56,613 nt of DNA, from the IMG/VR virus record IMGVR_UViG_3300023106_000013, positions 1 to 56,613 of that record; one strand, given 5' to 3'. Source of the DNA: a virus. Taxonomy: Duplodnaviria > Caudoviricetes. Below are positions 53,528 to 56,613 of the stretch, in pieces (position 1 is the stretch's first letter; each line of letters starts with the position of its first letter). The notes beneath the pieces were generated by a model. That model did not search any database, was not told the DNA's origin, and saw only the letters and a program-made list of their open reading frames with translations. The translations under genes were made by a program, and so were the position numbers.

Positions 53528-54046
53528 TTACGCTGCAATCACGGCTGCGGTTGGAAGGCTGGTAGCAGATACGCTGCCATTGGCGTTCGTCGCTGTAACG
53601 CGCACCCGAACGACCTGACCAACCTGCCCAACAATGGGAGTATAGGTGTTCGCCGTTGCCCCGACGATATCAACGCCGTTAGCCGTCCACTGTCGAGCGT
53701 ATGTGTTGCCTGATCCGGTGAACGTGCCCTGCGTACTCGTGAGAACCTGCCCAACCTGCGCAGTGCCCGTGATCGTCGGCAAAACGGTATTGCGCGGTGT
53801 ACTCACTGCCTTGGCAATGACCACCGCAACACCCGGAACAATTGAACCCTCCGCTAACAGATCAGCCGATACCGTTCCCGTTGTAATACCAGAGGCGAGG
53901 TTCAGCGCATCCAGCGGAACTAGGCCGCTTTCGAGCAGCCTGTTGATATTGCCCGTACCGGCTGCGATCTGTCGTTGAATCTCTAGCCCTAGCTCAGCAG
54001 ACACGCCAAGGGACTGGAGGCTTTGGGCGAGGTCAAATACCGGCAT
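53528..54046 (-). CDS. Ig-like domain virion protein (strain B allele)
   Basis: Few substitutions versus 10516..11034. Confidence 0.7.
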   Translation of the reverse strand: MPVFDLAQSLQSLGVSAELGLEIQRQIAAGTGNINRLLESGLVPLDALNLASGITTGTVSADLLAEGSIVPGVAVVIAKAVSTPRNTVLPTITGTAQVGQVLTSTQGTFTGSGNTYARQWTANGVDIVGATANTYTPIVGQVGQVVRVRVTATNANGSVSATSLPTAAVIAA

Positions 54047-54171
54047 TGGTCCACCTTTACGAACGATTGAATCCTTTTACCACGCGTTTGACGAACGAAC
54101 AAGGCAAACAAAAGCCCCGTCACCGGGGGATGGCAACGGGGCTCTAGGAGGTCAAGAAGCAGAGAAGACGA

Positions 54172-54453
54172 TTACTTATCGTTCTTCTTCTCGTCCTTGT
54201 CAACGGGTTCATCGGCGCTATCATCACCATGCGCGGCCTGCTCTGCAAAGCCGTACTGGTTTGGATTAAGCTCAACGTGGAACTTGCCCAGATTTGGCTT
54301 CTGTCCCTGCTGGTTCTTCATCCGCTTGTTGGCCTCGTCAGCTTCGTACTGTTCGACCTTGCGGCGGTCAGCGTCGGAAATGTCTGAGGGCAATGTGGAA
54401 AGATCGCCGGGGATATAACCACCGGCTTTGAGGTCTTCGATGAACTTGGTCAT
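54172..54453 (-). CDS. Hypothetical protein (copy 2)
   Basis: Same protein as 11161..11442. Confidence 0.8.
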   Translation of the reverse strand: MTKFIEDLKAGGYIPGDLSTLPSDISDADRRKVEQYEADEANKRMKNQQGQKPNLGKFHVELNPNQYGFAEQAAHGDDSADEPVDKDEKKNDK

Positions 54454-54462
54454 GATAAGCTC

Positions 54463-54675
54463 CTAGTGAGCGTCTGAGGGTGTATCATAAACGGCTTTTT
54501 CACCGATGCGTTCAATCACGTTTCGCTCTTGCCTTATTGCTGCGACCTGCATTTCCACCAGCTTTTCTAGGCTATGGGTTTTCTGCACCTCATCACGAAT
54601 GGCCAAAGCTCTCGCCATCAATCTGTCTGCTTCGTAGTCGCGCCATTCCTCTGCCGTTTGAGGCATTCCGCTCAT
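54463..54675 (-). CDS. Hypothetical protein (strain B only)
   Basis: Occupies the slot of 11474..11713; ATGA overlap with terL stop. Confidence 0.6.
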   Translation of the reverse strand: MSGMPQTAEEWRDYEADRLMARALAIRDEVQKTHSLEKLVEMQVAAIRQERNVIERIGEKAVYDTPSDAH

Positions 54676-56243
54676 ATCCGTCTCCCGCCCTTCTTGGTTC
54701 TCTTGCGCTCTTCGTATGTTGGCACCCTGGATTTACCGTAGTTCTCAGGAGCAATGGCTTCCGCTGGCGATGGCAAAGGCTTGCCTGCAAGCATCCGATC
54801 AATCAACTGTCCAACCAAACCCAAGGCGTCAACCTGATCGTCATGGACGCCAACAGGGAAGCTCATCATCTCACTAATCAGGTCTGAGATAAAGGGCGCA
54901 TCCTTGTGAATGTAGAGACCGCGCGTTGCAATGAGACCACGGAATGACTGCGCACGGATGGCCTTGTCACCTCGGGTTGGGAACTGCTCTCTTGCAACAT
55001 AAGCCCCACGGCTAAGCTGAGCTCGTGTGAGGAATGGGCCAACGCCGGATTTGATCTGCCCTGTTTCCTCAGCCCAGCCTATCGGAGCCCATTTCAGCAC
55101 AAGGTCACAGAACGCCTCAACCCAAACATCAGAGCTCGCCTGTGCCCGCCATAGATCGAGCAGCCATGGCTTACCCTCTGGATCAAGGCCAACGGCGGCG
55201 TGGACCGTGTAATCGCCACCGTCGCTTGTCACTGCATAGTCAGAGCCACCATAGACGCGCATTGAGGCTCTATCAGGCAGGCTATCGGCTAGGTGTATCC
55301 ATTCGCGCTTGAAATAGTCGCCAGTGTCAGGCGAGGGCCGCTGTTGGAACAAAGCCGACCATGTGCGCGGCAATCTCTCAAACTTTGCCCAATGGCTTGC
55401 AGGAAACCACTCAGGCCAAATGTACTCGCCAATCTCACGTCCCAACGGATCATCAGAGCGCTCACACTTGGCGGCAAGACAGATAACCTCCCAGTCCTCA
55501 CCATCACGGCCCCGGATGATCCCGCTCTCGCCTGCATAGTTCTCTGGCAGGATTGACCCACTAAGATCGCCATTGTGCCAGCGGGTGTTGATGATGATCA
55601 GTGACCCTCCAGGCTTGAGGCGCGTTAGAACGCTTTCCTCATACTCGGCAATGGTCCGCTCTCGGATAACCTCGGAGTCCGCATCTTGACGGCCCTTGAA
55701 CGGATCATCCACCACAACGCAGTCAGCACGGTTGCCGGTGATGCCAGACAGGATGCCGCCCGACATATACTCGGAGCCGTTACCTAGCGCCCACTCGTCA
55801 GCAGCAGAGCTTTCAGCGGACAAGCCAGTACCGAACAGCGTGGTATATTTGGGCTGCTTGATGATCGAGCGAGTTCGCCGCCCAAACTTGCGGGCCATGT
55901 CCGAACCGTAGGACACGCCAATCATGCGGTAGTTTGGTATCTTGCCCATGATCCATGAGGGAGCGACAACGCTGCCGTATGTGGACTTTGCACTACCGGG
56001 CGGCATGAGCAGCATAAGCCTGCCGTTGGGCTTCTCTATGCATCGCTGGATAGCATCTAGGGCTAGGATATGATGCTCGGCCAGTTCCGTCTCGACGTGA
56101 GCGTTAGCCGTGTCTGAGTTTTCATCCTGCTCGACTAGCGGTGCACCAGGAACATCGATGTACCGTGCGTAGTCGGTTAGGTTCTTGCGAGCCTTCCGAC
56201 GACGCAGAAGTTCTTGAGCGGCTTGCTGGGGAGTTGGTGTCAC
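54672..56243 (-). CDS. terL: Terminase large subunit (strain B allele)
   Basis: Same motifs as copy 1; different first ~20 residues. Confidence 0.95.
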   Translation of the reverse strand: MTPTPQQAAQELLRRRKARKNLTDYARYIDVPGAPLVEQDENSDTANAHVETELAEHHILALDAIQRCIEKPNGRLMLLMPPGSAKSTYGSVVAPSWIMGKIPNYRMIGVSYGSDMARKFGRRTRSIIKQPKYTTLFGTGLSAESSAADEWALGNGSEYMSGGILSGITGNRADCVVVDDPFKGRQDADSEVIRERTIAEYEESVLTRLKPGGSLIIINTRWHNGDLSGSILPENYAGESGIIRGRDGEDWEVICLAAKCERSDDPLGREIGEYIWPEWFPASHWAKFERLPRTWSALFQQRPSPDTGDYFKREWIHLADSLPDRASMRVYGGSDYAVTSDGGDYTVHAAVGLDPEGKPWLLDLWRAQASSDVWVEAFCDLVLKWAPIGWAEETGQIKSGVGPFLTRAQLSRGAYVAREQFPTRGDKAIRAQSFRGLIATRGLYIHKDAPFISDLISEMMSFPVGVHDDQVDALGLVGQLIDRMLAGKPLPSPAEAIAPENYGKSRVPTYEERKRTKKGGRRI

Positions 56244-56515
56244 TTGGCAGCACGACGCTTGCGCATGTACTCACGCTGGTACGCTACCCGGTCAAACGTT
56301 CCGTTCTTTGCCTTATCTCGTCCGCCTGTCTCGGGAATTGGCGTGACACTTCTCGCCACGTCAGACCGTTCTTTACGGGGTATCGATGGCCTATCAGCTT
56401 TGGCTCTTGGTTGTGCCTGTGTGGGCTTGGCATCAGAACTTCCCACCTTCGCGGCAAATTCATTACAAAGGCCATAGTGGCGTTCCTTACAGATTTTGCA
56501 AAGGGGCTTTTCCAT
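56240..56515 (-). CDS. Zn-knuckle / basic-helix protein (91 aa) inserted between terS and terL
   Basis: CKIC-x3-H-x3-C; FDRVAYQREYMRKRR; GTGA-coupled to terL. Confidence 0.75.
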   Translation of the reverse strand: MEKPLCKICKERHYGLCNEFAAKVGSSDAKPTQAQPRAKADRPSIPRKERSDVARSVTPIPETGGRDKAKNGTFDRVAYQREYMRKRRAAK

Positions 56516-56550
56516 GGCGTTAGACTAACGGATTGTAGTTAGTCTAACAA
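56516..56550 (-). promoter_or_regulatory. Leaderless-mRNA promoter with two palindromic operator-like boxes
   Basis: GTTAGACTAAC (56519-56529) and GTTAGTCTAAC (56538-56548) overlap TTGTTA-N17-TAGTCT-N6-ATG. Confidence 0.65.
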
Positions 56551-56551
56551 G

Positions 56552-56613
56552 TCAATTCATCTTGCTCATGTCCGGAAGAGAAGCCTTGGCCTGAGCAATC
56601 GCCTCAAGCTCAG
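56552..56613 (-). CDS. terS: 3' end of terminase small subunit (strain B), cut by window
   Basis: ELEAIAQAKASLPDMSKMN* matches ELEAIA...N* of 13211..13528. Confidence 0.6.
   Translation of the reverse strand, partial: ELEAIAQAKASLPDMSKMN

Larger units (their letters stand above)
43013..56230 (+). repeat. Copy 2 of the ~13.2-kb direct repeat
   Basis: See copy 1; offset 43,012, shifting to 42,962 after the swapped gene at 54463. Confidence 0.97.

Noticed and set aside
1-56613. CRISPR array, rRNA, IS elements
   Set aside because: No regularly spaced repeats, rRNA motifs or transposase seen

Overview
Tailed-phage DNA with a podovirus-like virion module (portal, scaffold, capsid, adaptor, nozzle, three to four ejection proteins, no tape measure). 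The host is probably an alphaproteobacterium, based on a GapR homologue. The window holds one complete ~43,012-bp genome unit plus a ~13.2-kb second copy of the head/packaging module. The copies appear identical over ~1306-9168 / 44318-52180 but differ at mostly synonymous sites on both sides, so the contig most likely joins two closely related phage strains (A = full circle; B = 1-1305 and 52181-56613). I recognised no integrase, CI repressor, DNA polymerase, primase or helicase. Main observations: (1) a ~0.9-kb ORF-poor block in the replication module that looks like two tandem, promoter-driven, highly structured + strand RNAs, near a replication-initiator C-terminal domain lacking its DNA-binding half; (2) a position-variable, leaderless, apparently autoregulated Zn-knuckle/basic-helix gene family, one member carrying a complete tRNA-Gln in frame within its coding sequence; (3) an HNH element that supplies a replacement 3' end to its target gene; (4) a C5-methyltransferase split into two nested reading frames; (5) a portal segment swapped between the strains. 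All functional calls come from motif recognition by eye, not database searches.
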